NCBI GenBank assembly: GCA_963718615.1
Contig: OY970368.1
Span: forward strand, 1,152,001-1,216,000
Direction: 5' to 3'
Source of the DNA: an uncultured cyanobacterium
Lineage (GTDB): Bacteria; Cyanobacteriota; Cyanobacteriia; PCC-9006; JAAUQQ01
Length of the DNA stretch: 64,000 nt
The notes below the pieces were generated by a model, which saw only the letters and a program-made list of their open reading frames with translations, searched no databases and was not told the DNA's origin. The translations under genes and the position numbers were made by a program. Shown piece after piece: positions 31,088 through 41,686 of the stretch (its first letter is position 1; the number at the start of each line of letters is the position of its first letter).

Positions 31088-32293
31088 CTATGTTTGCCAG
31101 CGTTGACGAAAGACTTCGTAGAGCGCCATTCCTGCAGCAACCGAAGCATTTAAGCTTTCGGTGTGACCCGATAAGGGGATCGATAGGAGAACATCACAAT
31201 GCTTTCGGGTCAAAATACTAAGCCCCGTTCCTTCCGCTCCCAGGACTAACACAATCGGTCCTGAGAAAGTCGTTTGATGTAACCGTTGGGGCGCTGCTGA
31301 GTCGGTTCCATAGATCCAGAATCCCTCTGATTTTAACTGCTCTAGGGCTCGGTTGAGGTTGGTGACCCGACTAATTTGGAAGGTTTCTAGGGCACCTGCT
31401 GCGACTTTTAGGACTGTCGAGGTTACACCAACAGCCCGCCGTTGTGGAATTACAAGGCCATGGGCCCCCAACGCCTCGGCAGATCGAATGATCGCCCCCA
31501 GGTTATGGGGATCAGTTATTCCATCGGCAGCCAGCACCACCGGCTGATGGGACGCGGCTTTGGCCTGGGTGATCAAGTCTTCTAGAGACAAATATTCGTA
31601 GGGAGAGGTTTGGGCCGCAATGCCCTGATGGTTGGCCCCCTGGGTGAGCTGCGTGAGCCGCTGGGGTTCGACTTCGGTAATCACAGCGCCATTGTCTTTG
31701 GCTTCTTCCAACAGCACCTTAAAGGGCACTTCGTATCGTAATCGGGGGGTAACCCAAATCCGGTTTAAATTACGCTTGCCCCGTGAGCCATCAGCGGCGT
31801 TCTCTTCGAGGGCAGCCCGGACTGCATGACGCCCGTAAATCAAATCTGATGAGGACTCTTCATCGTCAGCGGCAAACCCATCATTGAAGGTCTCTTCCAC
31901 GGGGGGACGATTGGGGGACCGGCGCTCGGAATTGTAACGGCGAGCGGAGCGCAGGGGAGGGCGATCGGAGCGAGAAGCAGAACGGTCAGCACGGTCTGAG
32001 CGCTCAGGTCGATAAGCCCGTCCGGCCCGTTCGGGGCGATCATTGCGGTCAGCACGAGCAGGCCGATCGGAGGCGTCAGGCCGGTCAGGTCGTTCTGAGC
32101 GAGCGGGCCGGTCAGGTCGGTCTGAGCGAGCGGGTCGGTCAGGTCGGTCTGAGCGCGTGGGGCGGTCGGAACGGTCAGGGCGCTCAGGACGTCCCCCAGA
32201 GGAGGATCGCTTGGCATCGCGTTTGGGGCCGCGCTGGGGGCGATTTCGGGAGAAGTTGGCGTCGCGATCGCCTCGGGAAGGTTTAGGAGCCAT
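31088..32293 (-). CDS. rlmB: 23S rRNA Gm2251 methyltransferase with R/D/P-rich N-terminal extension
   Basis: [34 protein letters not shown]. Confidence 0.95.
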   Translation of the reverse strand: MAPKPSRGDRDANFSRNRPQRGPKRDAKRSSSGGRPERPDRSDRPTRSDRPDRPARSDRPDRPARSERPDRPDASDRPARADRNDRPERAGRAYRPERSDRADRSASRSDRPPLRSARRYNSERRSPNRPPVEETFNDGFAADDEESSSDLIYGRHAVRAALEENAADGSRGKRNLNRIWVTPRLRYEVPFKVLLEEAKDNGAVITEVEPQRLTQLTQGANHQGIAAQTSPYEYLSLEDLITQAKAASHQPVVLAADGITDPHNLGAIIRSAEALGAHGLVIPQRRAVGVTSTVLKVAAGALETFQISRVTNLNRALEQLKSEGFWIYGTDSAAPQRLHQTTFSGPIVLVLGAEGTGLSILTRKHCDVLLSIPLSGHTESLNASVAAGMALYEVFRQRWQT

Positions 32294-32322
32294 AAAAAAT
32301 CACTCGTTATTCAAAGCGCTCG

Positions 32323-32700
32323 TTATTCAAAGAGCAGGTATCCGAGGAGAAGTTGCAGACGCCCTGGATCGGTCAAATGCAAATAGCCTAAAAGGGCTTC
32401 AAATCCACTGGCCTGACCATAGATTTCTGCATTCAGTCGTCGCGGCTTGCCCACTGCCGCATTGCGCCCCCGCCGTACGATCTCTTTCTCGTCTTCAGTG
32501 AGCTGGGGCAATAACCGCTGAAGTTGCTCAGCTTGATGCTCTGCCCGCACATGGGCAACCACTTGCTCGTGGTACTGCTTGATTCGTCGCGGGGGCAAGA
32601 GGTAATGCAAACGGACATGCAGCTCATAAACGGCATCACCGATATAGGACCATTGGACGGGAGATAGGCTTTGGGCTTGTTGGGAGGTTAGAGATTGCAA
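32323..32700 (-). CDS. mrnC: Mini-ribonuclease III
   Basis: YIGDAVYEL.VR, RRGRNA, FEALLGYL; start uncertain. Confidence 0.9.
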   Translation of the reverse strand: MQSLTSQQAQSLSPVQWSYIGDAVYELHVRLHYLLPPRRIKQYHEQVVAHVRAEHQAEQLQRLLPQLTEDEKEIVRRGRNAAVGKPRRLNAEIYGQASGFEALLGYLHLTDPGRLQLLLGYLLFE

Positions 32701-32807
32701 GGAACTATTCTGTAATCAAGTTCTGGCTCAAACGTCAAACGCTAAAAGAGTGTAAGACAGCTTGAACTGCCCTACACCCTTGCGCTTGAGTCTTTTAACA
32801 GGATCTC

Positions 32808-33176
32808 CTAGGACGACTGCAAATTCTCTAGAGCGGCATCGACCGACGTTTGGAGCGACAGGAACTTGTCGAGCCGCACCATCTTGACGGTTTGTGTCAC
32901 ACGGGCATTGGTCACGATCTGCAACAGACCTCCCTCATTTTGAGAGAGCTTCGCGACCTGGACTAATGCGCCAAGGCCCGAACTATCAATGAAATCAATT
33001 TTGGAAAGGTCCAAAATCACATTTTTGGGACCTTCGCCAATGCACTTGCCCAGAACTTTGATAAAGTTTGGCTCCGAGAAGGCATCGAGAAGACCCGTGA
33101 GGCGAAAGATTTGACAATTGTCCCTAACGTCTCGGGTGCCTCTTAAACTAACGGTTAGGGCTAGTTGTTCAGGGAT
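32808..33176 (-). CDS. STAS domain anti-sigma-factor antagonist, probable ATC start
   Basis: ILDLS.IDFIDSSGLG; frame open upstream to IPEQLALTVSLRGTR, AGGAGG SD 5 nt before ATC, in-frame TAG just upstream. Confidence 0.85.
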   Translation of the reverse strand: MPEQLALTVSLRGTRDVRDNCQIFRLTGLLDAFSEPNFIKVLGKCIGEGPKNVILDLSKIDFIDSSGLGALVQVAKLSQNEGGLLQIVTNARVTQTVKMVRLDKFLSLQTSVDAALENLQSS

Positions 33177-33477
33177 AAGCGCCTCCTTCTAGGGACTCCT
33201 AAATAGACTGGCTGGTTCTAGAGATCTAGCTTGCGAGATCGGCTCTAGAGAGGGGGGTAGATCGATTACCGCTTTGTACATTTATTCGTACATTTCAGCG
33301 AATCTACTTCGACCGGTTAAACTTCGACCCTAAAGTCGATTTTAGATGAAGGCCAGCGGTTAAGGCTGGGTGAATCTGTCGACGCTCCAGTATAGGTTAG
33401 GATTGTGCTCTCCGCAACAAATTTTCAGCCCTTTTCTGGAGCCAATTCTGATGGTAATCCCAGAGCTAGGCTAGAGC

Positions 33478-34641
33478 CTAGGAGGCTGTTGGGGATTGCG
33501 ATTGGCGATGGTTGACCATGGCGGTCACAAACTGCTCAAACAGGTAGTCAGAATCGTGGGGGCCAGGACTTGCTTCAGGGTGATACTGGACTGAGAACAA
33601 GGGTAGGGTTTTGTGACGAAGTCCGGCCACGGTGCGATCGTTGAGATTGAGATGGGTGATTTCTACATCCGCACCGAGGGATTCTTCCCGAATCGCAAAG
33701 CCATGGTTTTGGCTGGTGATTTCGACCTGCTGCTGGAGTCCGCAGGGTTGATTGAGACCGCGATGACCGAATTTGAGTTTGAAGGTTTCTGCGCCGAGGG
33801 AGAGACCGAGGATTTGGTGGCCCATGCAAATGCCGAACACCGGGCGTTCTTGCTGGAGGAGGGCTTTGGCTGCAGCGATGCCCTCGGTGACGGCGGCGGG
33901 GTCTCCGGGACCGTTGGATAGGAAGATTCCGTCGGGGTTGTGGCTGAGAATCTCCTCGGGTGAGGTGTCCGCTGGGACGACGATGACGCGACAGCCCAGG
34001 CTGGCCAAGCGTCGAAGAATATTGCGCTTAATGCCAAAGTCGAGGGCAACGACCGTGAGGGACGGTTCGATCGGTGCTTTGGCCTGGGGGCTGAATTCCC
34101 AGGAGGCTGCGGTGCGATCGCGCCATTCATACACTTCCCGCGTCGTCACGCGCTGCACCAAATTTAAGCCTTCCATGGAGGGCGCATCCTGAACCTGTTG
34201 GAGGAGCTCAACGGGATCGAGAATCTCAGTGGAAATGGCTCCGTTCATGGCCCCAACGGCACGGATTTTGCGGGTGAGGGCGCGGGTATCAATGCCGTAG
34301 ATGCCGGGAATGCCATGGTGTTTGAGATAGTCCGGCAGGGATTGGGTGGCACGCCAGTTGCTGGGGGTGCGGCAGATATTGCGGGCGATCGCCCCTTTCA
34401 CCGCCGGAGCGGCAGATTCTTCGTCTTCGGGATTGACGCCGGTATTGCCCAATTCGGGATAGGTAAATGTGACAATTTGACCACAGTAGCTGGGGTCGGT
34501 CAGAACTTCTTGATACCCGGTCATCCCGGTGTTGAAGACCACCTCGCCAATCGTGGTGCCTTTGGCTCCAAAGGCATAACCGCGATAGACCGTGCCATCG
34601 GCCAGTACGAGCAGGGCGGGTGGATCTGGGTTAAAGGGCAT
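33478..34641 (-). CDS. carA: Carbamoyl-phosphate synthase small subunit
   Basis: [40 protein letters not shown]. Confidence 0.98.
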   Translation of the reverse strand: MPFNPDPPALLVLADGTVYRGYAFGAKGTTIGEVVFNTGMTGYQEVLTDPSYCGQIVTFTYPELGNTGVNPEDEESAAPAVKGAIARNICRTPSNWRATQSLPDYLKHHGIPGIYGIDTRALTRKIRAVGAMNGAISTEILDPVELLQQVQDAPSMEGLNLVQRVTTREVYEWRDRTAASWEFSPQAKAPIEPSLTVVALDFGIKRNILRRLASLGCRVIVVPADTSPEEILSHNPDGIFLSNGPGDPAAVTEGIAAAKALLQQERPVFGICMGHQILGLSLGAETFKLKFGHRGLNQPCGLQQQVEITSQNHGFAIREESLGADVEITHLNLNDRTVAGLRHKTLPLFSVQYHPEASPGPHDSDYLFEQFVTAMVNHRQSQSPTAS

Positions 34642-34723
34642 GACGAAACTCCGAAGCAAATCAGCTAATCCGTCGCCTATTATTTCATGTTTGGCCTATG
34701 GGAACTGTTGGGATGAAGCGGAA

Positions 34724-35758
34724 TTAAGGGGTTTGAAGAAAGGTCACAAGGGCTTCCAGTTTCTCCCAGGCGGCCCCGGATTGGAGGATGTCTTGGGCGA
34801 TGGCCAAACCCGCTGACGTGGTGGTGGCGCGATCGCCCACCTGCAAGGCCAAAGCGGCATTGAGGGCAACTACGTCCTGCTGGGCTTGGGTCCCTTTGCC
34901 CTGGAGCACCGCCTTGAGAATGGCCGCATTTTCCGCCACATCCCCTCCGACCAAGGCGCTCAGGGGAGCGGACGTGAGTCCTAAGCTTTGGGGATCGAGC
35001 ACCTGCGTTTGAACCTGACCGTCTCGCAGTTCAGCCACATCGGTGCGATCGCCTAGCCCCGCTTCGTCTAAGCGTTCGCGGCCATGGACGACCAAGGCTC
35101 GCTGGGTGCCCAGTTGACCGAGGGCTTCTGCTAAAACTTCAATGAGTGACGCATCGGCAACGCCCAGGACTTGCCCCGTCGGATTGAGCGGATTCACCAG
35201 CGGTCCCAACAGGTTAAACACCGTCCGCACCCCTAAGGTTTTACGCAGAGGCACTACGGCCTTCATTGCCGGATGCCAACCCGGTGCGAATAAAAAGGTA
35301 ATCCCGACCTCCTGCAGGGCCGCCTGAATTTTTTCAGCCGGAGCCCCCAGATTGATCCCTAGGGCTTCAAGCACATCCGCCGAACCCACCTTGCCGGAGG
35401 CCGAACGGTTGCCATGCTTAGCGACCGCCAGCCCCGTCGCAGCGGCGACAAAGGAAACGGCGGTGGAAATATTAAATGTCGAAGCGCCATCGCCCCCGGT
35501 GCCGCAGGTATCAATCACTGGACCGCTGATACCCGTTATTCCCGAATGGGCTTGGGCTTTGAGCACATTGGCCATCCCGGCCAGTTCTGCGGCGGAAACC
35601 CCCTTGGCCTGAATCGCCGCCAAAATAGCTCCGGAGGTGACTTCCGGAATCTCGTTTTTGAGCCAGCCTTCCATGAGCTGGGTTGCCTGCTCAAAGCTGA
35701 GGGACTGGCGATCAAGCAATTGTTGCAGCAGGGTAGACCAGTGGGACGTAGTCGGCAT
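34724..35758 (-). CDS. trpD: Anthranilate phosphoribosyltransferase
   Basis: [30 protein letters not shown]. Confidence 0.98.
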   Translation of the reverse strand: MPTTSHWSTLLQQLLDRQSLSFEQATQLMEGWLKNEIPEVTSGAILAAIQAKGVSAAELAGMANVLKAQAHSGITGISGPVIDTCGTGGDGASTFNISTAVSFVAAATGLAVAKHGNRSASGKVGSADVLEALGINLGAPAEKIQAALQEVGITFLFAPGWHPAMKAVVPLRKTLGVRTVFNLLGPLVNPLNPTGQVLGVADASLIEVLAEALGQLGTQRALVVHGRERLDEAGLGDRTDVAELRDGQVQTQVLDPQSLGLTSAPLSALVGGDVAENAAILKAVLQGKGTQAQQDVVALNAALALQVGDRATTTSAGLAIAQDILQSGAAWEKLEALVTFLQTP

Positions 35759-36052
35759 GGTTCTAGCGGGGGGTAAGCAGGATTGACATTGTTCTGAAGA
35801 TTGCCATAATTATGCCGGTTTGATGCGGATTCTCTCTCAAGGGTCTGGCTTTTTGCCATCTTCCCAGGGCGCTGGCGAATCGATGCCAAATGCTCGATGC
35901 CAAATTGTTGTAGTGAGAGTCATGCTCAGTTGCGATCGCCATGCTAAGGTATGGCAGATTATGCGGCGGTTGAGAAAAAAGGCCTAGCCTCAAGGCTCAA
36001 CAGGCGCTTGCACAGGGACTTTGAGAGGAACGGGTCTGAGGAGTGCGGGATT

Positions 36053-37063
36053 ATGTATGAATTGCTCACGCAGGTTCTGCTGTGGATATTGATTGGCTAT
36101 ATTGCCTGGTTTCTCCTCAAGCAGTTTATTGATCCAAAGGTTTATACCTTTCTGGGATTTGCACTGCTGATTACGCTGTTGGTCATGGCGTTTTTTGACC
36201 CGGACCAAAATATTGTTTCGGAAGCCTGGAGCATCCTTTCGCTGCCGTTCAGGCCCCTGGGACTGGCGCTGATTTTTTTACTCAGTGTCTTTCCCTTTAA
36301 GGACATGGGTAAGTTTAAGTTTGTCCAGGATCGAATCTTCTGGGCGATCATGATCCTGCTAGTGAGCAGTGCTCCGGCCACGGCCTATTGGCTCCACAGC
36401 CAAGCGGAGCAGGATGTCACCACGCTGATCCGAAATTCAACGATTAATACGCCGGGGGTTATTGTCCTGCTCGGGCAAAACACAACCCATCCCCTGATTC
36501 CCCCCCGCACCCAGATCGAGCTGACGGAGCAGGGCGATCGCATTCGTTACACCGCTGAGCTCTACGCTAATCAGCCCGGTTCTACAGTGCTCGTGGCGAC
36601 GGACAGTCGCAATGATCTCTCGGGCGATCGCAATCTCCGACAGGAGGGCAATGATGTGCGGACGCTGTTGAGTGGCCTGGGGGTTCCAGCGACGAATATT
36701 CGCATTGTCGATCGCAGTCGGACGATTCGGGAGAGCGCCAAGCGGGTCCGCGATGTCTTGCAGGAAAGTTTTTCGGGAACCCGAGAGCTGCTGTTAGTCT
36801 CCTCGGCATTGGATATTCAGCGGGCAACGTTAACGTTTACAGAAGCACTGAAAAGCTTCAATGATGGGACAGGAGTCCGGATCGTTCCCCGCGCCACCGA
36901 TTTTGTCACCGTGCAAGACAGCGGCAATCTGCGGCGTCGCTTTAATTTTCCCAAGGATGTGGTTCCCAGCGAGGAAGCACTCTATCTCACCACCCAGGCT
37001 ATTCAGGAGCAGTTTCTTTCGGTTTACTATTTCTTGCGCGGTTGGTTGTCCTCAGTTTCCTAG
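36053..37063 (+). CDS. YdcF/DUF218-like membrane protein
   Basis: N-terminal TMs; VLLG, DRI, LGVP, SRT..E.A, LVSSA...RA..F. Confidence 0.75.
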   Translation: MYELLTQVLLWILIGYIAWFLLKQFIDPKVYTFLGFALLITLLVMAFFDPDQNIVSEAWSILSLPFRPLGLALIFLLSVFPFKDMGKFKFVQDRIFWAIMILLVSSAPATAYWLHSQAEQDVTTLIRNSTINTPGVIVLLGQNTTHPLIPPRTQIELTEQGDRIRYTAELYANQPGSTVLVATDSRNDLSGDRNLRQEGNDVRTLLSGLGVPATNIRIVDRSRTIRESAKRVRDVLQESFSGTRELLLVSSALDIQRATLTFTEALKSFNDGTGVRIVPRATDFVTVQDSGNLRRRFNFPKDVVPSEEALYLTTQAIQEQFLSVYYFLRGWLSSVS

Positions 37064-37141
37064 TCCTCAGTTTCCTAGTCCTCGGTTTCCTAGTCCTCGG
37101 TTTCCTAGTCTGGCCTTTTGGTCTGGCGTTTTGATAGGTCT

Positions 37142-38728
37142 ATGTCTGAATCTCGCCCCGCTCCCCCCCAGCTTCGGCCCTATCAGGCTCAGGTAATTAA
37201 CGATCTTTACGCCAAGCTGCGCGAGGGCTACCGTCGAGTTGCGATCATTGCCGGGACTGGCGCGGGAAAAACCGTCATTAGCGGACAAATCTGTGCCCAT
37301 GCAGAGGCCAAGGGCAGTCGACTGCTTTTTCTAGTGCATCTGGATGTGCTTGTGGGCCAGACCTACGAGAAAATGAAGCAGTTTGGCCTCCAATGTGGCT
37401 TTATTAAGGCGGGTTGGCCGGAGGATCCCGATGCACCGATCCAGATCGCCAGTGTGCAAACCATGGCTAAGCGAGATTGGTGGAAAACCTGGCCTGCGGA
37501 TGTGGTGTTTTACGATGAAGGCCACACGACGGTGTTTAGCCAGGTGGGGCAAGAGTTGCTCCACAATACCCATCCCCACGCCGTTCACTTGGCGATGACT
37601 GCTACGCCCTATCGGCTTGACCATGAGCAATTGGGAGATTATTTCGATACCTTGGTCGCGGCACCGCCCCCTGCGACGCTGCAACAAATGGGATTTCTTG
37701 CGCCGATGAAGTATTTCGGCATTCCCCAAGAGGGCCAGATGGATCTCGACGGGGTGCAGTTGATTGCTGGGGACTATGACGAAAAGCAACTGAAGAATGC
37801 TTGCGACCGCCCCGAATTAATCCAGCGGGTCGTCACCGAGTGGCAACGCCTGACGCCGGGAAAACGCACCATTGCCTTTTGTGTCGATGTTGGCCATGCG
37901 CGTCATGTGGCAGAGGCCTTTAAGCGGGAGGGGATCGCGGCGGATTATGTGGCGGGGAATACGCCGATCAAAAAACGGCAGAAGCTTTATGAGGCGATCG
38001 CCACGGGAGATCTGCGGGTGTTGACCTCTTGCAATGTTTTGAGTATTGGGTTTGATGTGCCGTCCATTGAGGTGGGGCTGTTGTTGCGACCGACGATGTC
38101 GATCGCGCTCCATCAACAGCAAATTGGTCGTGTCATGCGCATTAGTCCACACACGGGAAAAACCCACGGGATCATTTTGGACCAAGCGGGGAATTTGCAG
38201 CGGCTGGGATTCCCGGAGGATGTTACAACCTATGAGTTGCCCTACGGAACCTCAAGCCCGGAGCATCAACCGGGTCAAGGTCGTGCGGTACCTAAAAAAC
38301 AATGCCCGGAATGCAATGGCTATGTACAGACCTTTGCGATGGAATGCCCCGATTGTGGTTACGATTGGACCGCCGATCGCCCGATTTATACCCAAGAACT
38401 CATCGAACTGATGGGTCGAGAGCAGCTCTCCCAAATCACGGATGAACCAACCCGCTATCGACTGTTTCAAGCCTTTCGGCAACGAGCCTTTCGACGGGGC
38501 TATTTGCCCGATTTGGCGAAGCAACAATTTTTCGATTGCTTTGGCAACTGGCCCTACCCGGAATGGGATCGAGGGGCGATTTTTGGCAAAACGCCAACCT
38601 CAACTCAAGTCAATCAGTTTAAGCATTATTTAGGCTTAGTCGCGCAACGACGTGGGAAATCCATTACTTGGATTGTTGAAGAGTTTGAAAAGGAATTTGG
38701 TCCAGGTTCTTGGCAGAAAGCAGCCTAA
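37142..38728 (+). CDS. SF2 DEAD/DEAH helicase (RadD/YejH-like) with Zn ribbon
   Basis: LRPYQ, GTGAGKT, DEGH, TATP, GFDVP, QQIGRVMR, CPEC..CPDC. Confidence 0.9.
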   Translation: MSESRPAPPQLRPYQAQVINDLYAKLREGYRRVAIIAGTGAGKTVISGQICAHAEAKGSRLLFLVHLDVLVGQTYEKMKQFGLQCGFIKAGWPEDPDAPIQIASVQTMAKRDWWKTWPADVVFYDEGHTTVFSQVGQELLHNTHPHAVHLAMTATPYRLDHEQLGDYFDTLVAAPPPATLQQMGFLAPMKYFGIPQEGQMDLDGVQLIAGDYDEKQLKNACDRPELIQRVVTEWQRLTPGKRTIAFCVDVGHARHVAEAFKREGIAADYVAGNTPIKKRQKLYEAIATGDLRVLTSCNVLSIGFDVPSIEVGLLLRPTMSIALHQQQIGRVMRISPHTGKTHGIILDQAGNLQRLGFPEDVTTYELPYGTSSPEHQPGQGRAVPKKQCPECNGYVQTFAMECPDCGYDWTADRPIYTQELIELMGREQLSQITDEPTRYRLFQAFRQRAFRRGYLPDLAKQQFFDCFGNWPYPEWDRGAIFGKTPTSTQVNQFKHYLGLVAQRRGKSITWIVEEFEKEFGPGSWQKAA

Positions 38729-38743
38729 TTTTTCTTCAAAAAT

Positions 38744-38777
38744 AGCCCAGGCTAAAACCGTTGGGTTTCGCTGGGCT
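38744..38777. terminator. Hairpin between convergent helicase and mscL
   Basis: AGCCCAG...CTGGGCT inverted repeat. Confidence 0.4.
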
Positions 38778-38820
38778 TAAGGCCAACCGATGGTCAACGA
38801 ACGTGATATGACATCAGGCT

Positions 38821-39249
38821 TTAGCGGGTTGAAATGACCTGGGTGAGGCGATCGAGACTTTCCGAAAGCTTTTGCTGAACCGCCAGTGCTGGATCCACTT
38901 CCGGTTCTGCTAAGGCTTCTTCCCGTTGCTGTTTGCGCTTTGCGGCTTCAAGGGCACGAATCATTAAAAAGATAACGAAGGCAATGACGATGAAGTTAAT
39001 GACTGCAGCCAAAAAGACCCCAACTTTAATACCATTGGGCGCAAACTGTTCAAGGGTATCAGCGCCTGCTGCTTGCATGACAGGATTAAGAATGACAGGC
39101 GTAATAATGTCCGTTATGAGGGAGTCAATGATTTTGCCAAAGGCTCCGCCAATGATAACAGCAACAGCAAGGTCAACCACGTTGCCTTGCATTAAAAACT
39201 CCTTAAAGTCCCCAAAAAAACCACGAGCTCGTCCATTAATCCTTGCCAT
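38821..39249 (-). CDS. mscL: Large-conductance mechanosensitive channel
   Basis: FKEF..GNVVDLAVAVIIGGAF, FL..VINF. Confidence 0.97.
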   Translation of the reverse strand: MARINGRARGFFGDFKEFLMQGNVVDLAVAVIIGGAFGKIIDSLITDIITPVILNPVMQAAGADTLEQFAPNGIKVGVFLAAVINFIVIAFVIFLMIRALEAAKRKQQREEALAEPEVDPALAVQQKLSESLDRLTQVISTR

Positions 39250-39424
39250 TGAACTCTCCTTTTTAGAGTACAAAACCCCGAGCGGTCTGATTTAAAAGGA
39301 TGCTATCACACAACCCTTACAAACCTGCGTCTTAGGAAGAGCGTTTCAAATGTTTTTCGAAGTAAAATTGCGGTTATTGCTGATAGGTTAGTACTCGCTT
39401 TTACCTGATGCGATTTAATGCCGC

Positions 39425-39739
39425 CTAGGGCTGGCGAAAACGACGGACTAAACCGGGGCGATCGCAAGCCGCTTCTCCATAAAAAGCCTGGAGATAACCA
39501 CTGGGTCCTAGCACCTGACACCATTCTTCGGCAGTTCCCCAAACTCGGAGGGGCTGGGCCAATGCCGCGATCGCAGCCAGCAGCGGACAAATTACCATCA
39601 GCAGCAGACATAGCTTGCACAGCGGCAAAACTGGGGTCGCATTGGGTGCGGAGTGGGGAGCCGTATTAGGAGCCGCATCGGGGTCGGCAGCCGGGGACAA
39701 CGGGGTTAGGCGAGGAGGAGCTTGAAGAGTCCTATGCAT
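39425..39739 (-). CDS. Hypothetical small membrane/secreted protein
   Basis: ATG ORF with one hydrophobic segment filling an intergenic gap; no recognised motif. Confidence 0.4.
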   Translation of the reverse strand: MHRTLQAPPRLTPLSPAADPDAAPNTAPHSAPNATPVLPLCKLCLLLMVICPLLAAIAALAQPLRVWGTAEEWCQVLGPSGYLQAFYGEAACDRPGLVRRFRQP

Positions 39740-39936
39740 AGGGTGTGCGGGGAGCTTTTTCTTTCTGTAAAGAGAATGCCCAGAATCCCATCCTGGGCGA
39801 CAGTCGATGGGGTGAATGCATCATAGAAAAAACGTTGTGGCAGGATCAGCGGCTGCAATAAAACTTACAGGAGATTGCTCGCGATCGCCCACACACCCAT
39901 CAAACCTATTGTTTATTAACTTTTGATTGATCTAAA

Positions 39937-40010
39937 TCGGGATGGCGGGATTCGAACCCACGGCCCCTTCGTCCCGAACGAAGTGCGCTACCAAACTGCG
40001 CTACATCCCG
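39937..40010 (-). tRNA. tRNA-Pro (anticodon CGG)
   Basis: Reverse complement CGGGATGTAGCGCAGTTTGGTAGCGCACTTCGTTCGGGACGAAG..GGTTCGAATCC..CATCCCGA folds to a cloverleaf; CCA not encoded. Confidence 0.97.
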
Positions 40011-40054
40011 TAATCGCTGTTAGCATAGCCCATTATAAAGCTATTCGTCACAAT

Positions 40055-41686
40055 TCAAGACATTTCCCCCAGGGTTTCAAGTTGGATGTGCAGGTTGCGC
40101 AGCAGCGTCAGTCGTCCGGCTTCAAGGCGAGCCGTCTCGCTAGGGCTGGTTTCTGGTAAAGGCCAATGGATGATTTGCCTAGCCTGCGGTTCATGGGCAG
40201 CGATCGCTGCCAAACCCGCTAGACTCAATTGTTCAAAATAGCGACGCACGGCCTGTTTTACGAGGAGGCTGGTGGTCCAGTCTGAAACCGAGGGGGCTGC
40301 AACCGAGTCAGCCGAAACCGAGGGACCGACTTGGGATGCTTTCTGGAGCTTGATCTGGGTTTCGATTTCGCGTCGGGGCTCATGGGGAAAGGGCATTTGG
40401 GGATCCGTAGGGCGATCGCACTCAAACAGATCGCAGGCTTTCTCGATCCAATCCACCCAATTCCGGCAGAGGCTTTCCCAGGGGGACTGGAGGGCGATCG
40501 CTTCCCATTGTTTAAAGGCTGATTGCTGAAAGGCTGAGCATTGGAGGGAGGCGATCGCCTCCCCTTCATAGCGCTGAAGCAGCGTCAGCGGCTCCAGCCA
40601 ATCCCGCAGAATTTTGAGATCTTGCTCAAAGCCCTGGCGGATCAAGACTTGGGCCTGTCGCTGAATGGTCCAACGTTCAACCTGTATGGGGTGGGCCGCA
40701 GCCGAAACCGCTGCGTCGAGCTGGGCGATGCGTTGGGCAAGGGTTTGCTGAAGCGTTTGCGTCAGTGCCAGGAGCTGAGGCCGGATCGAAATGTCCGGTT
40801 GGTGGGCTTGAACGAGGCGATCGAGGGCTGATTCCAGCGGCAAAATTCCCGAACTTTGCAGTGCTGCCCCATCGCCCTTAAGTCTGGCCCGCAGGGCCGG
40901 AAGGGCATCAACGCGGTACAAATTGCTGACGCCAGCGGGCAAGCGAGACCGAAAGCTCTCCGCCACAAATCGCATCCGATTCATCACCTGCTGCTGGTCG
41001 TTGGGTTCCAGTAAATTGAGAAAATTAACCACAAATAGCACCGTGTCAATGCCTCGGTCCTGTAACCAGTCCCGTAGATGTTCGCGCTCCCCCAGGGTCA
41101 TGAGCTTGCGGCCATCGAGGAGCTGAATCACCAGATCTGCGGTCAACAACTGGTTCTGCACCAGGTGATCTTGGGCGTCGCGATCGTCCGTGCCAGGGAG
41201 ATCCAAAAGCTCTACCCCTTGTTGCAAAAAGGGATGGGGACAGTCCACCTCCACCGCTGCCAGATCTTGGCGCAGATGGCCTTGGTCATCGAGTCGGGCA
41301 AATTCCTGGAGCAGCGCGGTGCCCTCGCCCACTTGAACCGAGCCATCCCGAAGCTTAATCCGGCTTTGCAGGGTTTGACCGTAGCGGACCCGAATCGCAG
41401 CCCCGGTGGTGGGAATGAGATCCATGGGCAATGCTTTTTCGCCCAGGATCGCGTTGAGGAGTGTGGATTTACCGTAATTAAAGGGGCCAAAGACTACGAT
41501 GCGGTAGCAGGGATGGGTGAGGCGATCGCCCAACTCTCCTAACTCCCGTCGCAAAGGATCCTGAGCCTCCAGTTCCAAGGCTCCAACCACCGAGCCCAGC
41601 AGATTTAGCAGGTTCAGCATTGGCAATACTGGCAACACGGGTAATACTGACAACACTTTTGTAACCCCAAAACCCCTCAGGCTCAA
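40055..41686 (-). CDS. Bacterial dynamin-like GTPase
   Basis: G1 GPFNYGKS, PTT, G3 DLPG; start uncertain (41686 or 41620). Confidence 0.88.
   Translation of the reverse strand: MSLRGFGVTKVLSVLPVLPVLPMLNLLNLLGSVVGALELEAQDPLRRELGELGDRLTHPCYRIVVFGPFNYGKSTLLNAILGEKALPMDLIPTTGAAIRVRYGQTLQSRIKLRDGSVQVGEGTALLQEFARLDDQGHLRQDLAAVEVDCPHPFLQQGVELLDLPGTDDRDAQDHLVQNQLLTADLVIQLLDGRKLMTLGEREHLRDWLQDRGIDTVLFVVNFLNLLEPNDQQQVMNRMRFVAESFRSRLPAGVSNLYRVDALPALRARLKGDGAALQSSGILPLESALDRLVQAHQPDISIRPQLLALTQTLQQTLAQRIAQLDAAVSAAAHPIQVERWTIQRQAQVLIRQGFEQDLKILRDWLEPLTLLQRYEGEAIASLQCSAFQQSAFKQWEAIALQSPWESLCRNWVDWIEKACDLFECDRPTDPQMPFPHEPRREIETQIKLQKASQVGPSVSADSVAAPSVSDWTTSLLVKQAVRRYFEQLSLAGLAAIAAHEPQARQIIHWPLPETSPSETARLEAGRLTLLRNLHIQLETLGEMS

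Noticed and set aside
39937-40010. tRNA-Pro as an integration site
   Set aside because: No integrase and no duplicated tRNA 3' end noticed in the window
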